Shown here: piece after piece, positions 23,695 to 36,079 of the stretch
How positions within the stretch are numbered: the first letter of the stretch is position 1
Layout of the letters: every line of letters starts with the position of its first letter
Assembly: GCF_001194135.2 (NCBI RefSeq)
Contig: NC_068982.1
Coordinates: 117,045,030-117,088,943, forward strand
DNA: 43,914 nucleotides
Source of the DNA: Octopus bimaculoides
Taxonomy: Eukaryota
Direction of reading: 5' to 3'
Made by a program: the position numbers and the translations under genes
Notes under the pieces: generated by a model
What the model saw: only the letters and a program-made list of their open reading frames with translations
Databases searched by the model: none
What the model was told of the DNA's origin: nothing

Positions 23695-25256
23695 TACGCG
23701 TCAGAAATATAAAGTTAAAACTTATTTGCAAATGGACGCGTGACGCTTGATAATATATTAATACAAATGATATGTGAGCATATGCATATATATGTACATA
23801 TATGTACATACCTACATCTACATATATATATATATATATATATACATACATACATATANNNNNNNNNNNNNNNNNNNNNNNNNNNNNNNNNNNNNNNNNN
23901 NNNNNNNNNNNNNNNNNNNNNNNNNNNNNNNNNNNNNNNNNNNNNNNNNNNNNNNNNNNNNNNNNNNNNNNNNNNNNNNNNNNNNNNNNNNNNNNNNNNN
24001 NNNNNNNNNNNNNNNNNNNNNNNNNNNNNNNNNNNNNNNNNNNNNNNNNNNNNNNNNNNNNNNNNNNNNNNNNNNNNNNNNNNNNNNNNNNNNNNNNNNN
24101 NNNNNNNNNNNNNNNNNNNNNNNNNNNNNNNNNNNNNNNNNNNNNNNNNNNNNNNNNNNNNNNNNNNNNNNNNNNNNNNNNNNNNNNNNNNNNNNNNNNN
24201 NNNNNNNNNNNNNNNNNNNNNNNNNNNNNNNNNNNNNNNNNNNNNNNNNNNNNNNNNNNNNNNNNNNNNNNNNNNNNNNNNNNNNNNNNNNNNNNNNNNN
24301 NNNNNNNNNNNNNNNNNNNNNNNTCTTATATATATATATATGATTGCTTCATCTTGACACATGATAGCCCTCCCATCAACATACAAACCGCACCCCATAA
24401 CACAGCCATATCACTCCGTTGATGAGCTCTCATCTAAGTTTTTATTCAAAATGAGACTGCAAGCCAGCAGTGGTAAGTCAATATGAATTCGGAGTTTTAT
24501 TCTCTTTTATTGGTTGTTGTAATCACGGCTTCGATTCAAAACAAGAGCCCAATCTATCACCATTGAAACAACTTCTGAATGACAGGGTTTAAAACGCAAC
24601 TTGAAAACACAAGAGATCGGGCAGTAGTAGACCATAACTTACGCTCTAATACGTGTGTGCGCGCACGTATGCATCTGTAAATATATATACACACATATAT
24701 GTATGTATAAACATTAATTCATAGTGAACTGCAATGCTTTTTGAAATATAAAGATATTTGTAATCCGCTTATAATAAGCATATAATTTTCCCTTCTATGT
24801 GAAAGGTAAATTAAGTTCACGCTCTGCTAGTTTTATCTTACCGATATCAGGCTGTAGTATAGAATAACTTGCACTCTAAAGTTTCAAAATATCTCTGCGC
24901 TGCACTATATATGAATCTATTAACCCGTTTTCGCGATAATGAGAATCTTATATTAATATGCAAGCAAGTTTAACTGTATCCTAGTTTGAATATTCGTTAA
25001 ATAGTTTTCGTTAACTATTGTCATTGACAAAATATGGTTAGTCTGTTTTTGATGAAGTTCGAAGAAAATTTGAAACTCATCAGATCAAACACATTTTCAT
25101 TTTTCTGCCCTTAATCAGGACTCGAATATAACTGCTCTGTTTAATTCTATCAGCGAGTCAAGTATTGTCTAGTGAACATATATCTATAAACTTAGGGGAA
25201 AATTTAATTCATATGCACACACATACACAGGTATTCAAAAAAAAGCACAGTCATAC

Positions 25257-25259
<3 letters not shown>

Positions 25260-25339
<80 letters not shown>

Positions 25340-25362
25340 GTCTATCTATCTATCTATGTTCG

Positions 25363-25402
<40 letters not shown>
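25260..25402. repeat. (TCTA)n plus (TA)n microsatellite
   Basis: Visible arrays. Confidence 0.95.
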
Positions 25403-25407
<5 letters not shown>

Positions 25408-27149
25408 CATCAAGTTATGTGGTAGCTTATGCGAGCTCATGTGCAAGGTTATGTGCAATACTTATGTGCAAGGTAAAAGAGAAATCTCTACGAGGAATGT
25501 ATATGCATAACGTGTTATGTTAGGTAGAAATCTGTGATGTTGCTGCTTGGAGGCATGTTAATAGGTTTATGGTTAAGTGATGTATGTGTGTGTGTATGTG
25601 TGTGTATATGTGTGTGCGTGTGTGTGTGTGCACGTGTCTGTATGCATACTTTTGCTTGAAATGAAGATTTAAGCGCATGTTGCGCGGTATTGAGTGGTTG
25701 ACAGGTCCATATGATGTTTAGATAAATAGGATAGTGCATGTGCAATATGTCACGATTAACATATCTTGTAATTATGCATTTCCGATATCTACGATATCTA
25801 TTGTACGCCACTTTAAGTCACCCACGCACACGTCTTCCAATTCTACGTCTCTTGTTTTATCTCATTCAATGGATTCCTTGATTCTCGCTGTCAAAACGAA
25901 CACGCCTTACCTTCCACTTCGGTTATTCCGCCCTTTTGTTATGAATAGTTTGGTCAAGATAACATAACTGAATTTTGTCATACTGCATTCCATCCACCCA
26001 CATTCCCCGACCATAGGACACTGCACTTTTACTCATAAATCAATATTTGTTAATAATTGTTTATATATATTAAATATCCCAATTCGTAGCATTAGAAATG
26101 AATCAATCTCTCAGTTCACTGTACCTCATTAGCTGCTGAAATCCATTCATCGGTATCGACTTCACATTTTAATATCGCATTCGAAGTCCACCATCGTTTA
26201 CTGTATAGCGAAACAATTATATTGCTTTGTCGATCAATTTTCTTCTTTGTAAAGTAGTGATATTCTTCCATCAAAATCTTTTAGATGCTGAGGAGCTTCG
26301 TTTTCACAGAATAAATTTTCATTATCTGTTTCAGGTGTGTTATTTTGAAAACATGCATTCTCCGATTTGTGCAATATGGATAGTACGCAGTAGAATTTCC
26401 ACTTCTATAGGACCAACACGTGGTTAATCCACATTTATTTTTCTGTATTTCAAATGCCGAATTGACCTTGCTTATCCTGTAACCTCATTCGTCAACGAGC
26501 CTATCAACTTACTGAGTATAATGCCCTGATAAGTAAAGTGACTTGACTATAATCCCTGCTGCTATTCACTAACAATAGATTCAAGATGCGATACGTGGAT
26601 TGCGTTATGACTTCGCCGAAAAATATGCTCAGTCTTCTGGATTTAATCTTTTAAAAAGAACTTTTTGGCTGCACTTTTAAAAAGACCCACCAGGATTTGC
26701 ATGTACACCCGCGAACTGACATCATTTCTCTCACTATAACATTCATGATGTTAATTTTAGTTTTGATAGGCAAAAGTATCAATATTTTAGCATCAGATGT
26801 TTTCTGTGTATACATACCTTTAATTGACTTGTGGCTACCTCCTGGTACATTGCTGACAAATGTACAATGAAGTGCCACTGGATACAAAAAATGGTATTCC
26901 TGCTAATTGCTATCAATAATAAACAGCTTACAGGGCAACGTGGACTGTAGAATCTCTTCATAATCACCTACAAAAAAAAATTAAAAAATAGAATTCAACT
27001 AAGCAATATTTTTTATTGAAGCTATAAAAGCGAAGAAGTGGGTAAGATTAGAAAATTATAAGATAGAAATGTAGACAAATTATGAATATTAGAATAAATG
27101 CACCCGAAGATAAAGTAAGATTATAAGCCAAACATAACCGGGAAAATAG

Positions 27150-27710
27150 TCATCGTTTGCTTAAACCCATCGTTTAGCATGAACATATTGACAAAGTTAG
27201 CTAATTTCTAACATCAATCTAGAAGCAGTTTTCAATTAGTCGTGGTTACTACAAATTATTCGGCAGAAACAACTCAAAAGTTAGTCTCAAGTGCACTAAA
27301 TGCAAAAACAAAACATGCTCTCTAATGTATAATTAACTATATACCTACTAAACTATATGCGAAAAGTAGTGTAAATACAATGGACACACATCAAGAAGCC
27401 ATTTAACAAACAATTGTCCACCCCCATTAAAAAATACAGGTAAGATAATTATCCACGGAGCAACAATATGGCAAGAACAAACACACGAAACGAGTTCCAT
27501 CCCAAGAACGCGAAGGATACACAACTCACATCCACATTATTTGTGTTCATAAATGTAACGCAACCATCTTTATTGACAACTGTTCTGAATTTAAGTTAAA
27601 ATACTGTCAAAGTTAAACAAGGCAATAATAGACAATTTCATTCCCTACATAAACGGCTCCTGAGTACTTGAAATGTTGCAAATATGCGTTTTCAAAATAA
27701 GAAAGGTTCT
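27150..27710 (+). mobile_element. Highly decayed Penelope-like element (RT C-terminus and GIY-YIG remnant)
   Basis: IVCLNPSFSMNILTKLANF (~IIWFNPPFS.NV.TNIG..FL), YYKLFGRNNSKVS (~Y.KIFNRN..K.SYS), then KYNGHT (~YIG.T) in the expected order, with frameshifts. Confidence 0.55.
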
Positions 27711-28471
27711 GTTGTAAACAATAGACTATCATTTAAAAGTATTCCGAGCAGTAAAGAAGGTAAATTTCAGATAAGGGAACAGCAGCGGTAGATGAAATTG
27801 CGCTTCTATCAGCACAATACCAAGGACAATGGAATACAAAAGAGAAAAGAACTCCTGAATATGAATGGAATAATAGACACACTCCACATAGTGTATTGAG
27901 CACTTATTCTACGCGTTGAAAAATAACAGAATGTGTATGTATGTATGTAAGTATATATATGTATATATATATATATATATATNNNNNNNNNNNNNNNNNN
28001 NNNNNNNNNNNNNNNNNNNNNNNNNNNNNNNNNNNNNNNNNNNNNNNNNNNNNNNNNNNNNNNNNNNNNNNNNNNNNNNNNNNNNNNNNNNNNNNNNNNN
28101 NNNNNNNNNNNNNNNNNNNNNNNNNNNNNNNNNNNNNNNNNNNNNNNNNNNNNNNNNNNNNNNNNNNNNNNNNNNNNNNNNNNNNNNNNNNNNNNNNNNN
28201 NNNNNNNNNNNNNNNNNNNNNNNNNNNNNNNNNNNNNNNNNNNNNNNNNNNNNNNNNNNNNNNNNNNNNNNNNNNNNNNNNNNNNNNNNNNNNNNNNNNN
28301 NNNNNNNNNNNNNNNNNNNNNNNNNNNNNNNNNNNNNNNNNNNNNNNNNNNNNNNNNNNNNNNNNNNNNNNNNNNNNNNNNNNNNNNNNNNNNNNNNNNN
28401 NNNNNNNNNNNNNNNNNNNNNNNNNNNNNNNNNNNNNNNNNNNNNNNNNNNNNNNNNNNNNNNNNNNNNNN

Positions 28472-28509
<38 letters not shown>

Positions 28510-29420
28510 TGTGCCTCGATGTGTGTGAGAGTGTGCCTCGGTGTGTGTATGCAACTGTAAGTTTACGCGCCCACGTATGCTTTTGTGCGTAAGTAATTGT
28601 GTATCAATGAAGACAGCAGAGCTGCCACTGTATTATCTCATCGACATATTTTGATGTCCGTATTTCTGTATAACAGAAAATATCAATTTTGCTGTCTCTT
28701 GTCACTGACCCATGAGTGACCTCTAGAGGTGAAAGGATGTTGTCTCTTCATATTTAATTTTATCCAATTACCAAATCAACGATTAGAAGTCGAAAAATTT
28801 AGCTGTATTGTCCGAAAGTTTAACACAACCACTCCAGAAACTGACAGTTAATTTAAGCGATTAATTGTGTTAGCCTGTAATGTGTTTGTTCCTGATAACT
28901 TCTCCTTGTTTATTGCATCTTATCCTGACGTGATGCTGTGCACGGTTTTGTTATTTCTAGTTGTTTTTGCAGAGTGTAAGTAGTTTCTTTTTAGATGTAC
29001 CTAGGGGGTATTTTATTACAATATTATTAGAATGGATCAAGTTTCCTACAACAATAGAATCATCTAGTTTTTCTCTCTCCCTCTGTCTCCACCCTCTCTC
29101 TCTCTCTATCAATATGCATCTAAGTGTGTATTTGTAGGTATATGGGCAAGTACGTTTATTGTCATGTAAGTTTTTTTTTTAATTATCAATGTATGCATAT
29201 TTGTATATACGTAAATTTCTATGTATGTAGATATTTGTATGTGTGTGCTTTTGTGTTTGCCCTTGGGCTTATGCATGTGTCATAGTTTTCGTATATTGAT
29301 GTAAAATTGATTTTAACATATGTAATGCGAATTCTCTCATATTTGCCTTTCTCTCTTCATATATATATACGTAAAGGTATACACACTTATGTACAGAAAT
29401 GTCCATAAATGAATACGTAC

Positions 29421-29815
29421 GTGCAGGCGTGATGGTGTGATAAGAAATTTGCTTCTCAGTCACAAGGTTCCGGGGTGGCACTCATTTTGGGACACAGAAT
29501 GTCTTCTGCTATAGCTCCGGACCGAGGAAATCCTTGTGAGTGGATTTTCTAGACGGAAACTGAAAGGAGCCCGTTGCACAAACACACAGACACAGATATA
29601 AACACACACATTCACACACACACACATGTTAATATAAATATGTGAATTTGTACTTGTGTTCTTATCTCACCATTTGGTGTTGGTTTGTTTACTTTCCCGT
29701 AAATTAGCATTACGCCAAAAAAAAAATGCCCGATGGAATAATTACTAGGCTGAAGAGAAAATAAGTACTGGGGTCTATTTGTTTTGACAAAACACTTGAA
29801 GTCAATGTCCCTCAA
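29421..29815 (+). mobile_element. Composite tRNA-derived SINE (family B) with an internal CA/TA microsatellite
   Basis: Head gtgcaggcgtgatggtgtgataag..ggttccgg..gtcttctgctatagc..ccttgtgagtggatttt.agacggaaactgaaaggagcccg, then a microsatellite, then ggtgttggtttgtttac..cccgtaaattagc..ataagtactggggtc.attt. The same layout occurs inverted at 32580-32960. Confidence 0.7.
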
Positions 29816-29875
29816 TCTTAAACAAAATGTAATGTATGTGTGTGTGTGTGTTTGTGTCTTTATATATATATATTA

Positions 29876-30243
29876 GGAGAAACTTAAATGTTATCGCCGG
29901 TCATAGAGTGACCATTGTTTTCATACTTATAAAGCACCCGTCAGACTCAAATGTTCAAATACGCATAATGTCCCTGCCCTACAACTGGTAGAAGAAATAC
30001 GTCACGGTCGGCTCCTTCGAATATCACCACGGCCATACCCGATGTATAGGGGAAACTCACTCCCGCCTGCAGCGTCCCTGCATAGACAAACAATTTTTGT
30101 TTACAAACTAACTGACCGTGACGTATTTCTTCCTTTAGTCGGAGAGAGTTTACTCGCCTGCAGCCATTTGAGTCTGGCTACTAAGCACTTTATAGATGCG
30201 AAATCAATGTTCACTTTATGACCAGTTATAACATTTAACTTCC
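29876..30243. mobile_element. Foldback MITE-like element with nested inverted repeats, TA-flanked
   Basis: IR pairs: 29884-29917/30205-30238 (29/34 match), 29942-29953/30165-30176 (12/12), 29991-30009/30114-30132 (19/19). TA at 29874-5 and 30244-5. Confidence 0.75.
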
Positions 30244-30853
30244 TAAAAAATGCTTTTGGGTGAGCTTCTTTTTCGGATCTATGAAATACTGATTATTCGT
30301 TATATATATGATATGTGTGTGTGTGTGTGTGCGTGTGCGTGCGTGTGTATTTGATATGTATGGTTGTATATATCTGTGTAATTATATGATAATTATTTCA
30401 CAATATGTTCGTTTAATTGCTTCCTTGCAGCAATTTTAGGCGTTTTACCAATCGATTTTACGGGAGAAGCTCATCTGTATAAACGGCAACTGAGACATTT
30501 GGCCTTTTTGTCATACCGATAATATATGTGTATAAATATATGTACCTGTATACACATAGTTTTGTATTTTATGTGTTTTGTATGCCTGCTTGTATAATTC
30601 AAACAGCATGAACAAAGATTATCAAGTTCACTTGAAATACATTGTTTTCCGTGTCATGTGTGTACGTCAGCTAATATGAAGTACGGCTGTCTTTATTGTT
30701 TAAGTATGATTGCGCATTATTACTTTAAAAACATTACGAAGACATTGTTGTTTTAAGTTTCCTTCCACAAAACAAAATATCGCAAATAAATCAAACCAGT
30801 ATGAACTTTGGCTTCTACTACAGACATACATATGCATACACACAGATATACAG

Positions 30854-30922
<69 letters not shown>
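30854..30922. repeat. (CA)n microsatellite
   Basis: Visible array. Confidence 0.97.
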
Positions 30923-30926
<4 letters not shown>

Positions 30927-32579
30927 TATATGCTAGTGTATTTGTACGAAGCAGCAGTAGAAAATAAGGAGAGAAATTATGTTATATTTCTAATAGTATC
31001 CCATAATAGGCTTTTATGATTAATAAAATTGAGATAAACGTTGTATCTAATATATCTGTCTGACAGAGCTGCGAAATATGCTGACAGTTTATTAATATTG
31101 CTTTCTGTGATTAATATTGGTTTTACTGAATGTCAACCATGTTCAATACTAGCTAGCATTAATTATCGATATGTTGACAGTTCGTATTCTGTCCGGGCAC
31201 AACCGAAGCATTTCTTACACTTCAACCGATTTAGTCTAGATCTATTAATTCATTGCATTGTTGCAATAATATCTTTTCCTCATGGCATATTTGTTTAGAT
31301 GTAGAGTTTTGTGGTTCACATCATTTAATGTGTTGCCACTAAGTGAGCGCAGAATATTGAACCTTTCTGTAACACGATGTATTGTAAAATTAATAACTCT
31401 ATCTATACTTTGCAGGTTTCAAACCGAGTTGCTCGCAATAACAGCTTACAGAAGGAATATATCTTGAGAAAGTTGTCACAATGCGTTTCAGAATTTACTA
31501 CTCAAGTAGAAAACTGTATTTATAGTGCGGCGTAGATTCATGTGTACAGAACAGCGTATGATATTGTACCAATTCTAACGACTGTTCCTGTTTAAGCAGC
31601 AAAATTCTTTCTGGTAATACTTCCTCTGTATAGATAAAATATCAAAATGTCTATATAAAATAATGGTACACTTCTCTGCGTTTCAGATGGAAAATACACA
31701 TAAGCGAATAAATTTTGAATCTCGATTACTTTTGTTGACCAATGAAGAATCAATCAGTCATAATTCTCTAGAAATGAACACTACCGTTTATTTTTAAAGC
31801 AGCTAAAGTACATTAAATGAGGCAATCTACGCAGGCAGAATATAGTATTGTCAACAATGGAAAGCCTTTCATGTGCACCGTAACTAAAAGCAATTTAGCA
31901 AACTACAATAGAATAATATACTAACGATTTCTTGGAGGGATTTGAAATAAGAATTCAAAGTAACTATTGTCTGACCCACTACCGTTTTTGGCAGTTCCTC
32001 TCAATCCCGTTGAATCAGATGTTTTACAATTTTTGCCTGCTTATCGATTAAATAATTAATAATTTTTTTCTGTTTGGTATAATTTTAAAAAATAGGATCC
32101 ATGGGCAAATTATTTTTATCGATATATAAAAATAACAGTTGAAATGGTAGTGCATGCACACTGGTCAAGATTATATAATCAAGATTTGTCCGAATGCATG
32201 CCGTCCGCAAATGATTTGATGGTGATATGCCGAAAAAATTCTCCCATCAAATATTTTCACACACATACAACACAGAGATACGATAATATCTTTTATTTAG
32301 ATTTACATAAGCATAAAAATACGTTTTCCAGTTAGTTGAAGATATCCTATATTTAAAAAAATATGTCATTTATCATTTTTAAAGTACCAATGTTTAATTT
32401 CAAATATTCAATATGAATTATTTGAGAGTAAATTTAAACTGTAATCGTTCAGAATCAAGGAGATCGTCGTGGAGACTTTTATACCCATGAATGTTGTAAG
32501 ATTTAAGGAAACTATGAGAGCTGTTTGTATAAGACATCACTCATCAGTATTTTGTAGTTCTTTTAATCTTTTACCTTTT

Positions 32580-32960
32580 ACTTGTTTCATTCATTAGACT
32601 GCGGCCATGATGGAGTACCGTCTTGAACGTTCATATCTTTTGATAAATGATAATTTATTAATGTCTTTAGCTTTCATCGTTATTTGTTACAGTCGCTGGG
32701 CTGCGAACATGCTTGGGCAACACCTTGAAGGGTTTCCGTCGAACAGATTGTCCCCAGCACTTATTTTTAAGTCTGTTACTTATTCTAGTCGGCTCTTTTG
32801 CCGAAACACTAATTTACTGGAATGTCAGCAAACCACCACCGATAGTTAAGCGATGATAATTGTGGTGGGACAAATACAGACACACACTCACACACACACA
32901 CACATATAGACACACCGGTTTTCCACAGAGTTTCTGTGTATCAATTTCACTCACAATGCT
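32580..32960 (-). mobile_element. Composite SINE (family B), partial, inverted
   Basis: The plus strand shows reverse-complement pieces: gactgcggccatgatggagtaccgtcttgaa (3' end), ccccagcacttatt..ctcttttgccgaa.., an internal (CA)n, and cagagtttctgtgtatcaatttcactcacaa (head/core remnant). Confidence 0.65.
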
Positions 32961-34266
32961 TCTAATCTGTTGATGCAGAAAACACATAACACGCCGAACA
33001 ATGAGAAAGTATGTGCTATGAGGGGCCTATGGATCCTTTTTTATGAAGAGATGCATGGCATCAGGAACTTGCGGCTGGTTTTGTTCAATATGTTTTCCCA
33101 CAGCGCCAAAACAATTTATAGATTATATGTTATAGATTCTGAGAACTTATTACACAAAACGTATGCCAAAGAATCACATTTTCGTTGGCTACTGTTCTTC
33201 TTAATGTATGTTTACTAAATAATGTTCTTGCCGTGGATTACACAATTTTCTCCCTTCATTTCCAAACTTACAGAAGTAACTTTTAAAACATTTCATTGAC
33301 AGTATATTTCGTCCTTGAACAATATGTTTCCTGTTCGTGTCTTGCACAGAGTGAAGACTACATTATTGTACTGCAATAAATACTTATTCAAAAGTAATAA
33401 ATAGATTTGTGTCTGTTAATCAATATATGATATTAAAATGTGCTCTTTCCTCTAGTATATGACACAACCAGTCTTCATTGAATTTCATTTTTCTCTACAT
33501 CATCAGTTATCACTTCAGTTGTAAGAAATCGAAAAGCAAAAGATTATGCTAATTGACATTTCAGCCTAACAAAACCATCGACAATATCATTAAAATAAAT
33601 AAATGATGCAATAAACCTTGTTTATATAATTGTAATTTGCGTAGTTCTGAAAAATTAAAATTTTTGAACAAGCTGGTAGGTTCGTCCTTTCTCACCTGTG
33701 ACGTTCAAATAAAAAAGAAAAGGCTTGACATTCTGATTGCAAAGCGTTTGGCAACTTAGTATTTGAGATTTTACATTAATTATCGTATTTAACTCTCCCA
33801 CTAACCCCTCCAGTCAGATTTCTAAGTTATCTCCAATTATAAATTATCCATAGATTTTATACTGTGCAATTATATGATCAAATGTAGAAAAAATATTTTA
33901 CAAAAAGAAAAAAAAAGTAGTAAAGATAAAATGAAAAAAAAATACAATCAAATAAAAAAAATGTTAAAACATTGAAAAGAAAATTTAAATTAAAATAAAG
34001 AAAAAACATTAATATAAAACTTGAAACTCTATAGAATATTGTAATGTTTTATAGTCTGCATCAGTTTTGTAATTATGTCGGCCTACAACCGACAGGACGC
34101 TAATCAATAGACATCCAGATTGCTTCCAAAGTAGTTATCACTAAATCAAAAATTTTAATACCTTCATCAATGATTATAATCTTTTATGTCACCTTTTTAG
34201 AAATTACGTTCGCTTTTAAACAAAATGCAATAACATAACTATAATAATATTAATAATGATAAAAAG

Positions 34267-34420
<154 letters not shown>

Positions 34421-34775
34421 GAAAACAAAGAAAACAGCATAGCAAAATCGTAAAGAAAATATNNNNNNNNNNNNNNNNNNNNNNNNNNNNNNNNNNNNNN
34501 NNNNNNNNNNNNNNNNNNNNNNNNNNNNNNNNNNNNNNNNNNNNNNNNNNNNNNNNNNNNNNNNNNNNNNNNNNNNNNNNNNNNNNNNNNNNNNNNNNNN
34601 NNNNNNNNNNNNNNNNNNNNNNNNNNNNNNNNNNNNNNNNNNNNNNNNNNNNNNNNNNNNNNNNNNNNNNNNNNNNNNNNNNNNNNNNNNNNNNNNNNNN
34701 NNNNNNNNNNNNNNNNNNNNNNNNNTATATGTATGTATGCATGTGTTTGTGAGTGTGTGTGTGTGTGTGTGTGTA

Positions 34776-34806
<31 letters not shown>

Positions 34807-35324
34807 ATTTGCAGACAATCACACATTTGTGTAATATTCATAAGCAGAAATGAAAGGGGTTTTAGAGATAGGTACATACGTATATCAAAACTTCTGATTA
34901 TTTATCTCCCGGTTTGCTCTGATTGAACAGATCTGCGAGCAAAAATATTCCAGCTGTGACCATCTCTACACACATAAGGTGAGAGCATTACATGAATGTT
35001 CATATGCCAGAAATCGAAAATGAATCACTTCTTTTAATGAAAATTTACCTGCCTATTAGTTACCTACCTATTGTTCATTCACTATAGGTACTTCGTAAGT
35101 AAATATACGATGAGATTTCTGATACAGGATGTATGACGTTCATTCACCTCTCAGAGGCGATATATACTTCAATAAAAGGGGATGTTTCGGAATATTATTT
35201 AAAGTAATTCGTTTTCTGGAACGATGACGCCATGATCGATCGAGGTAACCAACTAAAAACCTAAAACAAAAGAGAAATAATCCATAGTCCAGTTTTATAT
35301 TTAAGAGATAAGGAACTATGTACA

Positions 35325-35460
35325 TTATTTACGTTATTTATAATTGACGGATATTTGTCCTCATCTTGTTAACACAACGTTTCGGCTGATATACCATCCA
35401 GCCTTCATCAGGTGTCTTGGGGAAATTTCGAACCTGGGTTCTCATTCCTAAGGTATTTTT
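35325..35460 (-). mobile_element. Short hammerhead-bearing element, copy 3 (most complete)
   Basis: Minus strand: aaaataccttaggaatgagaacccaggttcgaaatttccccaagacacctgatgaaggctggatggtatatcagccgaaacgttgtgttaacaagatgaggacaaatatccgtcaa, then a taaataa/gtaaataat tail. Aligns with 8361-8508 and 16757-16855. Confidence 0.85.
35371..35416 (-). ncRNA. Minimal type I hammerhead ribozyme (Penelope-type)
   Basis: GACAC-CUGAUGA-A-GGCUG-[GAUGGUAUAU]-CAGCC-GAAA-CG-U-U-GUGUU. Stem I GACAC/GUGUU, stem II GGCUG/CAGCC, palindromic ACGU stem III, GUU triplet. Predicted cleavage is between 35376 and 35375. Confidence 0.75.
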
Positions 35461-35469
35461 CCCTATAGT

Positions 35470-35900
35470 CTTTGGATTTCCTTTTCTTGGTCTGTCACTT
35501 AATCATCATTGAAATGATTTCAATCATCGATTTATTTTTCATATTATGAATTTTCTTTGGTAGGATTTCCTAGGTGTTTCTACTAAGGTGTTTTTCATCA
35601 CTTCTCAAGTATTTCCTCGCCGTTATCGATTTACAGATTGAATCTATCCTCTCTATTGACGGAATACTCTGGCTTATTCAGTAATGCCTCTGATTTTTTC
35701 AGTAAATCAATATTCAATTTCTCCGTAGTTCTTGCTCTCTTCAACTTCTTTAATGTACATGAGAGTGTGCATATCACAAGTACATGGTCACTCTTCAGTC
35801 TGCTCCTGAATAAGTTTTGGGATGTTTCACTGACCTTGTTAGTGTCATTGATGAAGACATACACGGGCCCTTTCATATGTAAATTCTTATAGGGTGCTCC
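35470..35900 (-). mobile_element. Decayed RTE-clade LINE fragment, APE endonuclease C-terminus and linker
   Basis: ORF 35631-35876: VYVFIND..FRSRLKSDHVLVICTLSCTLKKLKR..KLNIDLLK..Y.V..EDRFNL (~IDYIL...SDH.LV...L.LK...K.N...L.....NRF..L). Confidence 0.65.
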
Positions 35901-36079
35901 TTGAACCCCTTATTCGTGATAATCATATACTTTGCCTCACACCACTGTATCCATATCTCATCTCGTTCATTTTTCTCGCCAATTCCATACTGATTACATG
36001 CTTTGCCAACTTTATTCGTCTATATCCCTCATGTTGATATTAATTTAATACATCAAAACAGAGGAAGCTGGGGTAATAT

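Noticed and set aside
26317-26427. Plus-strand acceptor-like sites with short open frames (also about 3485, 12100 and 31416)
   Set aside because: There are no matching strong donors or recognisable peptides. Such sites are expected by chance in AT-rich DNA.
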